This document shows, piece by piece, positions 37,949 to 48,363 of a DNA stretch of 64,000 nt. The first letter of the stretch is position 1. Each line of letters opens with the position of its first letter. Source of the stretch: a virus. The position numbers were made by a program, and so were the translations under genes. The notes beneath the pieces are model-generated. The model saw nothing but the letters and a program-made list of their open reading frames with translations, made no database searches and was not told the origin of the DNA. The stretch is taken from IMG/VR virus record IMGVR_UViG_3300027741_000030, positions 32,001 to 96,000 of that record. One strand, 5' to 3'.

Positions 37949-38726
37949 CGTAGCCTTAATTCAAACTGCAAGCGGACTAGAAAGACTTATGGCTGGATCA
38001 GTTCCAGGAGTTCTTAAAGATAGTACTGTGGCGCAAGTGTCAGCTTTTTTATATTATGAAGCATCGGTTTTATCAAAGCTTACAACAAATGATGCATTTA
38101 AGAAATTGTTTAAGACAACAGTCTTTAATCAAATAGAAAAAGATTTTTCAGAGTATTTAGATTCGCAAGCAAGAATAAAACAAAAATCTTTGCAGCATGT
38201 TTATGAGTGGAATAAGGCTGGAAATCCAGCAGCTAGATTATTTAAGTTAAACAGGTTAGACACAGAAGGCCTTTCGTTTAGAATTAATTATGATTTTAAA
38301 TTATCAAAATCAACAGTTCCTTCAACTAATAAGCTACAAAAGAAAAAATATGTATTTGCAAACAAAGCCTCAATTATGGAATCTGGTATGCCAGTAGTTA
38401 TAAGGCCAAGATCTGCAGAAAGACTTGTTTTTGAATTAGATGGAGAAACTGTATTTATGCCAAAAGGAACTTCAGTAACAGTAAAAAGACCTGGTGGCAC
38501 AGCATCAACAAACCAATTTGCATTAGCCTACGGTAGATTTTTTGGCGGACCACTAGTTAATTCATCTATTAAATCTTCAGGCCTACAAAGAATATTTAAC
38601 TCTAAAATGGCGGCAACCCTAGATGTTCCAATGAATATAAAGAAAGTGCAATATATCTTTAGCCCTGGTAAAATAAGATTACAAGCAGATGCAGCATTAG
38701 AAAGATCATTTGGAGGCTCACTATGA
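37938..38726 (+). CDS. Neck/tail-completion protein
   Basis: Position; likely TTG start at 37938; HVYEW, FANKASIMESG. Confidence 0.6.
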   Translation: MDSSVALIQTASGLERLMAGSVPGVLKDSTVAQVSAFLYYEASVLSKLTTNDAFKKLFKTTVFNQIEKDFSEYLDSQARIKQKSLQHVYEWNKAGNPAARLFKLNRLDTEGLSFRINYDFKLSKSTVPSTNKLQKKKYVFANKASIMESGMPVVIRPRSAERLVFELDGETVFMPKGTSVTVKRPGGTASTNQFALAYGRFFGGPLVNSSIKSSGLQRIFNSKMAATLDVPMNIKKVQYIFSPGKIRLQADAALERSFGGSL

Positions 38727-39232
38727 CAGTAGATTATAAGATAGACGCAATGTTTGAGCTCCGTAAATTTCTATGGAAAGAACTAAAGGCTACAGGAATT
38801 TTTGATAAAAACGACTATTATTCAGATAATCTAAACGCTGAAATTATTCCTATAATTCCAGTTCAGCAGTCCCCAGAATTAGATCAATTCTTAAATGGTA
38901 AAAAGCATATAGTCTACGACAAGATTGGATTGTCATTTGAGGACATATGGCTACTGGCATGCGAAAAGGTTTTATTTACAATATATTCAACTGACATAAC
39001 AGATATATATGAAATAAGAAACTTAATGATGGACCTATTCAGAAGAATGGACGAGTCCGCAAGAGATGTCAATAATAGCTCAGATTCAACTAAATTAATA
39101 TTTCATAGCATACATGTTGTAGAGACATCACCCATCGAGCCTTCCTCTGAGCTAAAGGGCTTCTTGTCGGCAGATGTGATTTTAGAGGTAAAATACTCAA
39201 GAACAACAGATGGCAGAGGAAGATTTGATTAG
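38723..39232 (+). CDS. Tail terminator protein
   Basis: Immediately precedes major tail gene; typical size. Confidence 0.65.
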   Translation: MTVDYKIDAMFELRKFLWKELKATGIFDKNDYYSDNLNAEIIPIIPVQQSPELDQFLNGKKHIVYDKIGLSFEDIWLLACEKVLFTIYSTDITDIYEIRNLMMDLFRRMDESARDVNNSSDSTKLIFHSIHVVETSPIEPSSELKGFLSADVILEVKYSRTTDGRGRFD

Positions 39233-39351
39233 TTGCTTTTAGTCAACTTATCCAGTAAAATTGAACTTGAGGTAAAAAGCCTAGCCAGCTTTGATTAGAT
39301 TTAAAATGTAAGTCAATATATATATATTTATTTAACAGGAGGTTTTACAAC

Positions 39352-40086
39352 ATGGCAAAGTTTAATAATGCTAAGAATATCCTTGTTGGAGCTTCACCGC
39401 TCTTTTTGTCTACTAAGGACATCACAACATCAGGATACGTAGAAAACATGGAGCCTGGTACAGTTGCAGGTGTAGCTTTCGAAAACGAAACTACAACAGG
39501 AACACCAGTAGTTAAGACAGCAGGAAAGTCTTATACAGATACTCTTAATGCAGATTCAACAAACAAATTCCGTAACGTAGGTTACACAAACAACGGTCTT
39601 CAAATTACTTACAACCCATCATACGGTTCAGTAACAGTAGATCAGCTTCTTGATACAGCAAAGCTTTTCAAGGAGACAATGGAAGTTATGATCGCTACAG
39701 AAATGGCAGAAGGTACTCTTGAGAACATTCTTGCTGTATTTGGTCAGGGAACATCAACTCTTAACGATTCAGGAACAGGTGTATCTGCAAAGCGCACACT
39801 TGGTCTTGAAGCAGGTGCTCTTGGACAGGCTCCAAATGAGCGTCAATTAGTTGCAGTCGGTGCAGCACCACAAGGTGGATCAGCATCAGCTGACGGTACA
39901 CTTGGTTTAATTACTGAGCGTGTATATTATGCACGTCGTGTTCTTTCTGTACAACAGTCACAGTTCTCTTTGGCTCGTAACGCAGCAACAACATTCCCAG
40001 TAACATTCCGTTTGCTTCCAGACGGTGCTAAGTCAGGTCAGGAATACGGACTAATTATTGACCGTATCCTTTCAACTCACGCATAA
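39352..40086 (+). CDS. Major tail tube protein
   Basis: NILVGA, VGYT..GL, VDQLLD, E.TLEN, FPVTFRLLPD; TTGCTT-N17-TAAAAT promoter and AGGAGG SD. Confidence 0.88.
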   Translation: MAKFNNAKNILVGASPLFLSTKDITTSGYVENMEPGTVAGVAFENETTTGTPVVKTAGKSYTDTLNADSTNKFRNVGYTNNGLQITYNPSYGSVTVDQLLDTAKLFKETMEVMIATEMAEGTLENILAVFGQGTSTLNDSGTGVSAKRTLGLEAGALGQAPNERQLVAVGAAPQGGSASADGTLGLITERVYYARRVLSVQQSQFSLARNAATTFPVTFRLLPDGAKSGQEYGLIIDRILSTHA

Positions 40087-40109
40087 TTAATACAAATTAA
40101 TTAATAGAT

Positions 40110-40136
40110 GCCCCCCAAGAAATTGGGGGGTTTCTT
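40110..40136 (+). terminator. Intrinsic terminator after major tail gene
   Basis: CCCCCCAA-GAAA-TTGGGGGG-TTTCTT. Confidence 0.85.
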
Positions 40137-40195
40137 ATTGCTCTTATATTTTGCATATGATACAATAATTAAGACAGAATCCTAGGAGGATTAAA

Positions 40196-40528
40196 TTGGC
40201 AACTACAGTATATGATGTTGAAGAAATTCAACTACAAAATGGCGCAACAGTTAAGCTCAAGCCTTTAACAATTAAAGAGCTTCGTGAGTTTATGAAAGTC
40301 ATTCAAAGAACACAAGAAGTTACATCAGAAGATGAAACATTAACAATTCTTATTGAGGCATGTGGAGTAGCTTTAAAAAAGCAGCTTCCAGACCTAGTAG
40401 CAGATAAAGACGCATTTGAAGACACACTTGACGTTCCAACTATCAACCGCATTTTAGAAGTTTGCGGAGGAATTAAGATGGACGACCCAAACCAACTAGC
40501 GGCAGCAGTACTGGCTGGTCAGAACTAG
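40196..40528 (+). CDS. Tail assembly chaperone (G-like)
   Basis: Between major tail and tape measure; TTG start with AGGAGG SD. Confidence 0.85.
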   Translation: MATTVYDVEEIQLQNGATVKLKPLTIKELREFMKVIQRTQEVTSEDETLTILIEACGVALKKQLPDLVADKDAFEDTLDVPTINRILEVCGGIKMDDPNQLAAAVLAGQN

Positions 40529-40860
40529 ATCTAGCCGCTTTAGAAGGGGAAGTTTTTCTTCTTGGTAATTGGATAAATTACGAACAACTAGAAGACAATC
40601 TTTCAATGCCAGAGTTAATCCAGACTTTTAAATCAATGCAAAAAACTGAATCAGAAAAAAGAAAATTCTTAGCTTCAATTCAGGGTGTAGATTTAAATGA
40701 AAACAGTAATCAAAATGAGGAGGGATCTTCCTTCGAAGATGTTAGAAGAAGAGCACTTGGTATAAATGCATCAGCAGATGATGTTGTTTCACTACAAGGT
40801 TCATTTGCCAGCGAAGCTGGTTTCGGCATTGGAGCAGGATTAGGATACTCTATAGAGTAA
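40486..40860 (+). CDS. Tail assembly chaperone -1 frameshift extension (GT-like)
   Basis: Slippery C CCA AAC at 40486-40492; -1 frame open (PTSGSSTGWSELDLAALEGEVFLLGNW...) to 40860. Confidence 0.85.
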   Translation, partial: PKPTSGSSTGWSELDLAALEGEVFLLGNWINYEQLEDNLSMPELIQTFKSMQKTESEKRKFLASIQGVDLNENSNQNEEGSSFEDVRRRALGINASADDVVSLQGSFASEAGFGIGAGLGYSIE

Positions 40861-40869
40861 TATAAGTAT

Positions 40870-43800
40870 ATGGCAGATAATTTAATCACGACCAATATTA
40901 CCGCCAATGCAGACTTTACGAGTTTAAAAACTCAATTAGCTGCAGTTACTGCCCAACTCATAAAACTTCAAGAAACAACTGCTGGAACAAACGCAAAACT
41001 TGCAAATCAAATTGCAGTAATGAACAAGTCTTTTGCAGAGACTATGCGTTCTACTGGACAGTTTTCCTCACATTTTGTTTCTTTAACTTCAGACGTAGAA
41101 AAGTTTGGAAAGAATTTAGATCGTGGCCGTCTTAAATTAAATGATTACTATAATACTTGGAACGGCCACACTAAAAAAACAAGCAATTTAATTAAAGATC
41201 TTGCAAAACAGCAAGTAATGCTTGAACAATCGATTATTCAACCATTAGGCAAAAATGCACAAGGTCTAATGCAATACAATATAATGGTTGCAAAAGGTCT
41301 TGATGAAATAAAAAACAAAACAGCTTTAGCTAGACAAGAAGCTGCAATTATGAATAAGGTCATGCAAGACGGAGCTGGCCAATTAATTAACTGGGGTAAA
41401 AATACACAGTGGGCAGGCCGTCAGCTTACTGTAGGACTTACAGTGCCTCTTGTTGCATTTGGCGCAGCAGCACAGAAAGCATTTAGAGAAGCAGATGCAG
41501 AGCTTGTAAGATTAACAAAAGTTTATGGCGGATTAGCAGCAACTTCATCTCAAGATTTAGCGCAAGTTAGAAAAGATGTAAGCGCAACTGCAAAAGAAAT
41601 TGCTAGCTCATATGGAGTTGCTTATAAAGATACAATATCTTTAGCTGCAGATTTAGCAGCAACAGGTAAACAAGGAAATGATTTACTTCAAGCAACTCAA
41701 CAAACAACAAGGCTTGCAGTACTTGGTGAAGTAGACAGACAAGATGCTATGAAAGCAACTCTTGCTATTCAAAATGCATTTAAACAAAATACAGATCAGC
41801 TAACAGAATCAATTGATTTTCTTAACGCAGTTGAAAACCAAACATCTACAAGCCTTGCAGATTTAACAGAGGCAATTCCAAAAGCTGGTCCAGTAATTAA
41901 ATCTTTAGGCGGAGATGTAAAAGATTTAGCTTTGTATCTTACAGCAATGAAAGAAGGAGGAGTTAATGCTGCAGAAGGTGCAAATGCAATTAAATCAGCA
42001 ATGGCTTCTCTTATTAATCCAACAAAGGTTGCAACAGAGATGTTTGCTTCTTTTGGAATTGATCTTAGGGGAATAGTAACAAAAGACGCTGGAGATTTAA
42101 CACAAACAATTTTAGATTTGCAATCAGCATTAGATGGGTTAAATCCATTAGATAAATCAAGAGCAATTGAACAACTTTTTGGCAAATTTCAATTTGCTAG
42201 AATGTCAGCGTTATTTGAAAACTTAGGAAAATCTGGATCACAAACTCTTCAAGTTATGGATCTTATGAAAGCAAGTGCATCAGACCTTGCTAATATATCT
42301 TCACGAGAATTAAAGTTGATGACAGAATCAGCATCAGGACAGTTTAAGCGAGCCTGGGCTTCTGTTCAGGCAGACCTAGCTTCTACTGGAGAACAATTCT
42401 TAAGAGTAAGTACAAAAGTATTAAATGTTGTAGATAAAATAATAAAGTTTTTTGAAAACTTACCAAAACCAATTAAAACATTTTTAAATGTTTTGGGAGG
42501 AATTACAGCAGTTACTGGACCAATAATCATGCTTACTGGTGTTTTAGGAAATTTCCTTGGATACATAATTAAAGGTATATTTCATTTAAAGCAATTAGGA
42601 AAAGGTGGGCAAGGGTTTAAACTTCTTACACCTGAAATTATGGCAGCGGAAGCTGCAGCAAAAGGACTTGCAACATCATTTTATAGTGATTCAGAAGCAA
42701 CAATTGTTTTATCTAATGCTGTAAATACACTTGCAGAATCATTTGCTAATCTTGAAATGAAAGCAAATGCTGCAAAAGTTGCTGTTCAACCAGCAGTTAC
42801 AACTGTTGCAGGAAATGCTGTAGCACCAGGAGTTTTTGGACAACGAGTAGTTGATAAAAATAATCCATTAATTGGTGCACCTTATTCAAGAGATATGTCA
42901 CATTTGATTCCAACTCAGATGCCACAGGCGGGAACAATTTTTGGAACAGTGCCAGGAGCTGGACCAGTAAACGTTAGAATTGGAAAAAATCCTCAAGCCT
43001 ACATGGATCAGGATATGCCAAAGATTCCTGGGGTCACTTCAGTAAATAATGTTTCCACTGGAATTGTTGCTTCAGAAGCTGCAAAATGGCATGCAATGAC
43101 TGCAGCAATTGCAATGCAATCAGAAGCAGAAATTAAATTACTTAAAACAGAAGTTATGGCTACAGGAACTGTAACTGAAAGTTTATCTCAATCTTACCAA
43201 GCACTTCTCCCACAATTTTCTGAAATCACACAATTAGCAGCAGCTGAAACAAAAGCAATTGTTGCAGATTTACAAGCAAGTAAAATAACTGTTGATGAAG
43301 CTAGAGCAAAAGTTATTCAAATGAATGCAACTGTTGAAGCAATGCTTGCAGAAACTGCAGCAGCCACAGCAGCTGGAATGGGAAGAACTGTTAATTTAAC
43401 AACCGTTCCACTTACATCACAGCCAGTAGTTGATCCAGCTACAGGAAAATCAAACATGAAAGAAATGTTCCATAAAGGAACAACAAAAGAAATTGCAGAT
43501 AGAATTGCAAGAGCTTTAGGCGGAGTTAGAACTTCAGGTGCTGGATATAACATTCATACAACAAAGCCACAGCAATTAAACTCTGGAGGAAGAGTATATA
43601 ATCCATCAAGAGACGGTAACATAGTCCCTGGAGACACATCAATTAACTATGATAATACTCCAGCAGTTTTGCAAGAGGGCGGATATGTATTAAATCAAGG
43701 CGCTTCAAAAAATAATCCAGACTTAGTTAGTCTTGCAAAAAATTCCCGCAACTCTGGAGGAAAAATTGTACCAGCTGTAGTAACTCCAGGCGAAACTTAT

Positions 43801-46800
43801 TTCCCTCCAGAAGTTGCTGAGACAATAATGCCTACACTTGAAAAAGCTAACAAAGGTTCAAAAATATCATTAAGAAATGTCGGCGGATATATAGGTGGTC
43901 TTGTAAAAAGATCAAAGAAGAACTATGGAATTAGTTTTGAAGATTCAGAGCAGATGCGTAGATATGTTGAATATCATACATCATCAAATTTTGATCAGTA
44001 TGCAAAAGCGGCTTCAATTGCAAATGATGCAGAAGCATTAGTTTCTTTAGGATTAAATCCAGAACAAGCTGTAAAAGAGGCTGACCGCTGGTTTGAGGAA
44101 AGATACAATAAGGCTTTAGAAAATAACAATGGCATATTTAAGCAATCAGAATTTGATAAAGTTACACAAGAAAGTTATTCTGATTTACAAAAACATTTAA
44201 AGAAAAGATACGGTATAACAAAACCTATCTCAAAAGAATGGCGCACACTTTCAAAGTCTGGAAGCCAGCAAATGAAAACTCAAAGCTGGAGATATGTACG
44301 TGGAAAAGTTGATTATACAATAAGAAATAAAATATTTGATTTACTTGGAGAACCAGGAAAGAGATTAAAAAAAGAAGCCGTTTTTGCAAATCAAGAACGA
44401 GCACACTACACCTCTGGAAGCACACAGGCTAAGTCTGGATTTAATTATTTAGGACAGGCAGTAATACAGCCTTGGGAAATTAATCAGCTTGCTCACGAGC
44501 TTTCAAGATATGGAGTTATACAAAATTCATTTTCTTTGTCATCTGCTGAGAATAAACAGCAGTTTGATAGAATTGCAAAAAATTTAGGGTACTTAGATCA
44601 CGATGACATGTTGGAAAGCTTAAAGGGCAAAAAGAGCTCTCCAGCAAAACCTCCTAGAGTATTTAAAGTTGAAAATGGAATGACAGCGCCATTGCGTAAA
44701 ATGGTTTCTTCTTCCCCTGCACAATTTAAAAATTACATGAGATTGCCAGCCGTAGCAAGAATGCTCGCTATGTCTGGAGCAAGATTTAATGCTGGAGGAG
44801 CAGTTGGTGGCTCAGTTCGCAAAGATAAGCATAATTATGGAAAACTCCCAGCATGGATAATCAGAAATGAAAAGATCAAAAACTTAGCCAACACTGATCC
44901 AGCACATGGTGTTTTACAAATTGGTAAATATCACCCAGCTTTGCATGTTAGAAATCAATATGTTGCTCCTTCTATTAGATATAAGAGTAACTATGAACCA
45001 TTTACATGGGATAAAGGACCTCAAGCTGGCCAAACAGTATATTCTCCAAGAAGAACTGGTGGGGTGCCAGCATTTGAAACTGGAACAATAGAAACAAGAG
45101 CAAAGACAGCTTTATACAATTACATGCAAGGTGATTATCAAGCAATTAATGATCCAGCAGTCCAAACATACCTTTCAACTTTAAGAACTAAATTTACAGG
45201 AACACTTCATAGAGGAGTTAGAAACATATCTAGCCTTCCTCCTGTAATTAGTAATCTAATTAAAGAAGGCAAATGGGATGAGCTTGTAGGTAAAGAATTT
45301 ATTATGCGTCGCTCATCATGGAGCACAAATAAAGATACCGCAGAAGGATTTGGACAATTACAGCTTATTGCAAATGTAAAAAATAGAAATGCTGTTCCAG
45401 CTTCTGAAATATTTCCAAACTTAACATTTCAATCTCCACAGGGACCAGTACCAGTAAACGAAAGTGAAGTTTACATGGGAGGTAAGTTTAAAGTTATTGC
45501 AGCTGATAAAAATAGATTAAAGCTACAAGCAATATATGATGCTGCTCGTGAAAATGGCGGACCAGTAAATGCTGGAAGACCTTATCTTGTTGGAGAAAAG
45601 GGTCCAGAAATCTTTGTTCCAAAAAATGCTGGAGGTGTAATTCCAGGATATAACGTTGGCGGAATGGTAAAGTCAATGATTATGAGCACACTCGGATACA
45701 CGGGTGGATCGATGCTTGGAGGAATGACAGGTTTGCCAGGCGGAGCAATGATTGGCGGAATGCTTGGCTCAATGTTTGGAATGGGCGGAGACTCATCTAT
45801 GGGAAGAAGTCCAAGGCCACAACCAGAAGGCCCACGTATGGAAAATGGAATGTTTTCAAAAAACTTTTCTATGGAGCATTTTACAAAACCAATAGGTCCA
45901 GCAGGAAAACTTGCAGATAAATTAAATCTGCTTGGATTATCAGGTGGAAGATTTTCTAATGTTTTAGCAAAAATAGGACCACTTCTTGCAAGACTTCCAA
46001 TGGCATTTAATCCAGTTGGGGTTGCAATTGCAGCAGTAACAGCAGCTACAGTTCTCGGGGTTAAAAGATGGAAAGACCATAATGAACATTTAAGAATTGG
46101 AATGCTTCAATATAGTTTAACTGCAGAAGCAGCAAAAAAAGCTGGAGTAAAATTTACTGATTACAATACAAAGTTAGCAGACACTGTTGCAAATATTAAA
46201 GCAATAAGAGAAAGAAATCAACTTCTTTATGAAAGCATGGAGTCTGCTGGAATGCCAATAGAAATGACTATTGAACAATATAAAAAATTGCGTAAAGAAG
46301 TTAAAGATTCTTATGCAGATCAAATTAAATTAATTAACCAAACAAAGGGTGAAGGAAATACAAGAAAGCTTGCAGAAGACCTTAAAATTGAATTAATGGC
46401 AGCAGGCATGTCAGCAGAAGATGCAACAAAGAAAATTTGGGCAATGTTTAAACTTTCTGAAAAAGCAAAAGACGCTGCAACATTTACACTAGGAAACTCT
46501 GGCTTTAATAAAATAAAAGATGGCCAATCTGTAGCAGTCAGTGCAATATCTAGATACAACGCTGCTGCAAAAGAAGGCGGGCGTGAAGGCGCAGGTGCAG
46601 TACAAACTGGACTAACATCAATAGATGCTGGCATACAAGACATGATTGCTAGAAGTAAAAAAGCAGCAAAAGCAGATAAGTCTGGAAACACAAAAGTATT
46701 AACTGAATATCAGGCACAAGAAGCTATGCTTAATAAATTAAATTCTCTTGAGTCATCAAAAGCAAGATTAACAAAAGCAACAAGAGATGAAATGATTAAG

Positions 46801-48363
46801 CAAAACCCAGAACTTAAAAAGATTATTAATCCACTAGACACAATTGTAAGTCTATGGGGAAAGATGAATCTTGCAGCAAAAGGCTTTACAGGTAATTTAG
46901 AAGCTCTAGGTCCAAAAGCAGTTGAAACATTATCTAAGATTGCTGATGCTGTTTCTGAAGCAACAGCTTCTTCAAACAAAACTGGACTATTAAAAGATCA
47001 ATATGCAATGCTTGATAAATTAACTGCACAACAAAAGGCGTTAATGAAGGCTGCAAAAGGACAAAGCGTAGCACAGCAAATAAGTACTAAAGATCAACTT
47101 AAAGCTCTTCAGGCACAAATTGATGCAAACAATAAACTTGCGGATGCAAGATTAAAAGCTCTTGATGCTGCAAAACAAGAAGGAGATATAGCAAGAGAAA
47201 TTGCTAAGAAGCAAGCAGAGTATGATGCTGCCTTAGCAACAGGTAATTCAGCTGCAGCACAACAGGCAAGCTTAGATATTCAAGGGCTTCAATCAGATCA
47301 GCAATATCTTGCACAGAAAAAAGCAATTGAAGATGCGCTTAAATTACAAAATGCACCACTTGAAGCAAAAATAAAAGCAATTAACGAAGGTCAAGAAAAA
47401 CTTTCAAATCAAGCAGCCCTTGCAGCTGAAAGTTTAGGAAAAATTAATGAAAAGATAGCAACACAAAAACAAAAAATTGATGACGTTAATTCAGCAATGA
47501 CAACATTTAGAATAAATGCAATCGCAGCTGGCAAAACTCTTGAAGAGTATGCTTTGACCAAAGAAGGAAAACAAGATGCTGCAGCAGTTGTAGGTGCATC
47601 AAAGACAGCGGGAATAAAAGTGCCTACCAGTGGCGGCGGTCATTACGAAGGAAGCACATTTGTTCCAGACAAAAAGAATGTTGGATCACAAGCACTAGAC
47701 TTAGTCAATCAGACTGAAGATGCTGTAGCCTCAGCTCTATCCTCAAAGGGCATTCAAATGGGTAGCGGAGACATCTACATTGTTGGAAAAGATGGAAAGA
47801 AAACAAAAGTTGATGCAACTTCATATCAAGATGGTAAAAAATCTAGTGCAGGTATAAACAAATCCATGGTAAATGGAAAAGAAAAACTATCTGTTCAAGC
47901 ATTGCAATTAACTGCAGAAAAAATACCTACAAAACAGGGAACAGAATTTTTTATTAAAGACCAAAAATACAAGATTACTGGGCCAGTGGGTTCTAACGGA
48001 TATCTTCCAATTGAAAAAGCTGGATACGGAACAATGAATCTAAATCCAAGAATTCCTACAATTGTTGGAGACAGAGGCCCAGAGCTAGCATTTGGCGGAA
48101 TGATTATTCCTAATATGGCTAAGGTGCCATTTTCTTCTCCAAGATATGATGTAAATAAAGCAAATCTTAGATTTGAATCAATGCGTGATAGTTCAAGCGG
48201 AAGCGTAATTAATCTTACTCAAAACATTTATCCTTCAGACGGAATGAATACAGAAGCATTTGTAAGACAAGTTGTTCAGCAAACAAAGCAAGCTATTGGA
48301 CAAGATACAAAATTAAATGCTAAAATGGTAGGAAATTCAATGAATGTGAGTATTAGATCATGA
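40870..48363 (+). CDS. Tape measure protein with inserted cargo domains including an ADP-ribosyltransferase
   Basis: 2497 aa; TP901-type TMP core (GRQLTVGLTVP, ENQTS.SL.DL, ANAIKS); YLVGEKGPEIFVP motif; R-S-E ART motif near aa 1448-1533. Confidence 0.92.
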   Translation: MADNLITTNITANADFTSLKTQLAAVTAQLIKLQETTAGTNAKLANQIAVMNKSFAETMRSTGQFSSHFVSLTSDVEKFGKNLDRGRLKLNDYYNTWNGHTKKTSNLIKDLAKQQVMLEQSIIQPLGKNAQGLMQYNIMVAKGLDEIKNKTALARQEAAIMNKVMQDGAGQLINWGKNTQWAGRQLTVGLTVPLVAFGAAAQKAFREADAELVRLTKVYGGLAATSSQDLAQVRKDVSATAKEIASSYGVAYKDTISLAADLAATGKQGNDLLQATQQTTRLAVLGEVDRQDAMKATLAIQNAFKQNTDQLTESIDFLNAVENQTSTSLADLTEAIPKAGPVIKSLGGDVKDLALYLTAMKEGGVNAAEGANAIKSAMASLINPTKVATEMFASFGIDLRGIVTKDAGDLTQTILDLQSALDGLNPLDKSRAIEQLFGKFQFARMSALFENLGKSGSQTLQVMDLMKASASDLANISSRELKLMTESASGQFKRAWASVQADLASTGEQFLRVSTKVLNVVDKIIKFFENLPKPIKTFLNVLGGITAVTGPIIMLTGVLGNFLGYIIKGIFHLKQLGKGGQGFKLLTPEIMAAEAAAKGLATSFYSDSEATIVLSNAVNTLAESFANLEMKANAAKVAVQPAVTTVAGNAVAPGVFGQRVVDKNNPLIGAPYSRDMSHLIPTQMPQAGTIFGTVPGAGPVNVRIGKNPQAYMDQDMPKIPGVTSVNNVSTGIVASEAAKWHAMTAAIAMQSEAEIKLLKTEVMATGTVTESLSQSYQALLPQFSEITQLAAAETKAIVADLQASKITVDEARAKVIQMNATVEAMLAETAAATAAGMGRTVNLTTVPLTSQPVVDPATGKSNMKEMFHKGTTKEIADRIARALGGVRTSGAGYNIHTTKPQQLNSGGRVYNPSRDGNIVPGDTSINYDNTPAVLQEGGYVLNQGASKNNPDLVSLAKNSRNSGGKIVPAVVTPGETYFPPEVAETIMPTLEKANKGSKISLRNVGGYIGGLVKRSKKNYGISFEDSEQMRRYVEYHTSSNFDQYAKAASIANDAEALVSLGLNPEQAVKEADRWFEERYNKALENNNGIFKQSEFDKVTQESYSDLQKHLKKRYGITKPISKEWRTLSKSGSQQMKTQSWRYVRGKVDYTIRNKIFDLLGEPGKRLKKEAVFANQERAHYTSGSTQAKSGFNYLGQAVIQPWEINQLAHELSRYGVIQNSFSLSSAENKQQFDRIAKNLGYLDHDDMLESLKGKKSSPAKPPRVFKVENGMTAPLRKMVSSSPAQFKNYMRLPAVARMLAMSGARFNAGGAVGGSVRKDKHNYGKLPAWIIRNEKIKNLANTDPAHGVLQIGKYHPALHVRNQYVAPSIRYKSNYEPFTWDKGPQAGQTVYSPRRTGGVPAFETGTIETRAKTALYNYMQGDYQAINDPAVQTYLSTLRTKFTGTLHRGVRNISSLPPVISNLIKEGKWDELVGKEFIMRRSSWSTNKDTAEGFGQLQLIANVKNRNAVPASEIFPNLTFQSPQGPVPVNESEVYMGGKFKVIAADKNRLKLQAIYDAARENGGPVNAGRPYLVGEKGPEIFVPKNAGGVIPGYNVGGMVKSMIMSTLGYTGGSMLGGMTGLPGGAMIGGMLGSMFGMGGDSSMGRSPRPQPEGPRMENGMFSKNFSMEHFTKPIGPAGKLADKLNLLGLSGGRFSNVLAKIGPLLARLPMAFNPVGVAIAAVTAATVLGVKRWKDHNEHLRIGMLQYSLTAEAAKKAGVKFTDYNTKLADTVANIKAIRERNQLLYESMESAGMPIEMTIEQYKKLRKEVKDSYADQIKLINQTKGEGNTRKLAEDLKIELMAAGMSAEDATKKIWAMFKLSEKAKDAATFTLGNSGFNKIKDGQSVAVSAISRYNAAAKEGGREGAGAVQTGLTSIDAGIQDMIARSKKAAKADKSGNTKVLTEYQAQEAMLNKLNSLESSKARLTKATRDEMIKQNPELKKIINPLDTIVSLWGKMNLAAKGFTGNLEALGPKAVETLSKIADAVSEATASSNKTGLLKDQYAMLDKLTAQQKALMKAAKGQSVAQQISTKDQLKALQAQIDANNKLADARLKALDAAKQEGDIAREIAKKQAEYDAALATGNSAAAQQASLDIQGLQSDQQYLAQKKAIEDALKLQNAPLEAKIKAINEGQEKLSNQAALAAESLGKINEKIATQKQKIDDVNSAMTTFRINAIAAGKTLEEYALTKEGKQDAAAVVGASKTAGIKVPTSGGGHYEGSTFVPDKKNVGSQALDLVNQTEDAVASALSSKGIQMGSGDIYIVGKDGKKTKVDATSYQDGKKSSAGINKSMVNGKEKLSVQALQLTAEKIPTKQGTEFFIKDQKYKITGPVGSNGYLPIEKAGYGTMNLNPRIPTIVGDRGPELAFGGMIIPNMAKVPFSSPRYDVNKANLRFESMRDSSSGSVINLTQNIYPSDGMNTEAFVRQVVQQTKQAIGQDTKLNAKMVGNSMNVSIRS

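Noticed and set aside
42880-42915. RDMSHLIP in the TMP as another His-Me nuclease motif
   Set aside because: Too short and lacks convincing downstream residues to call without profile searches
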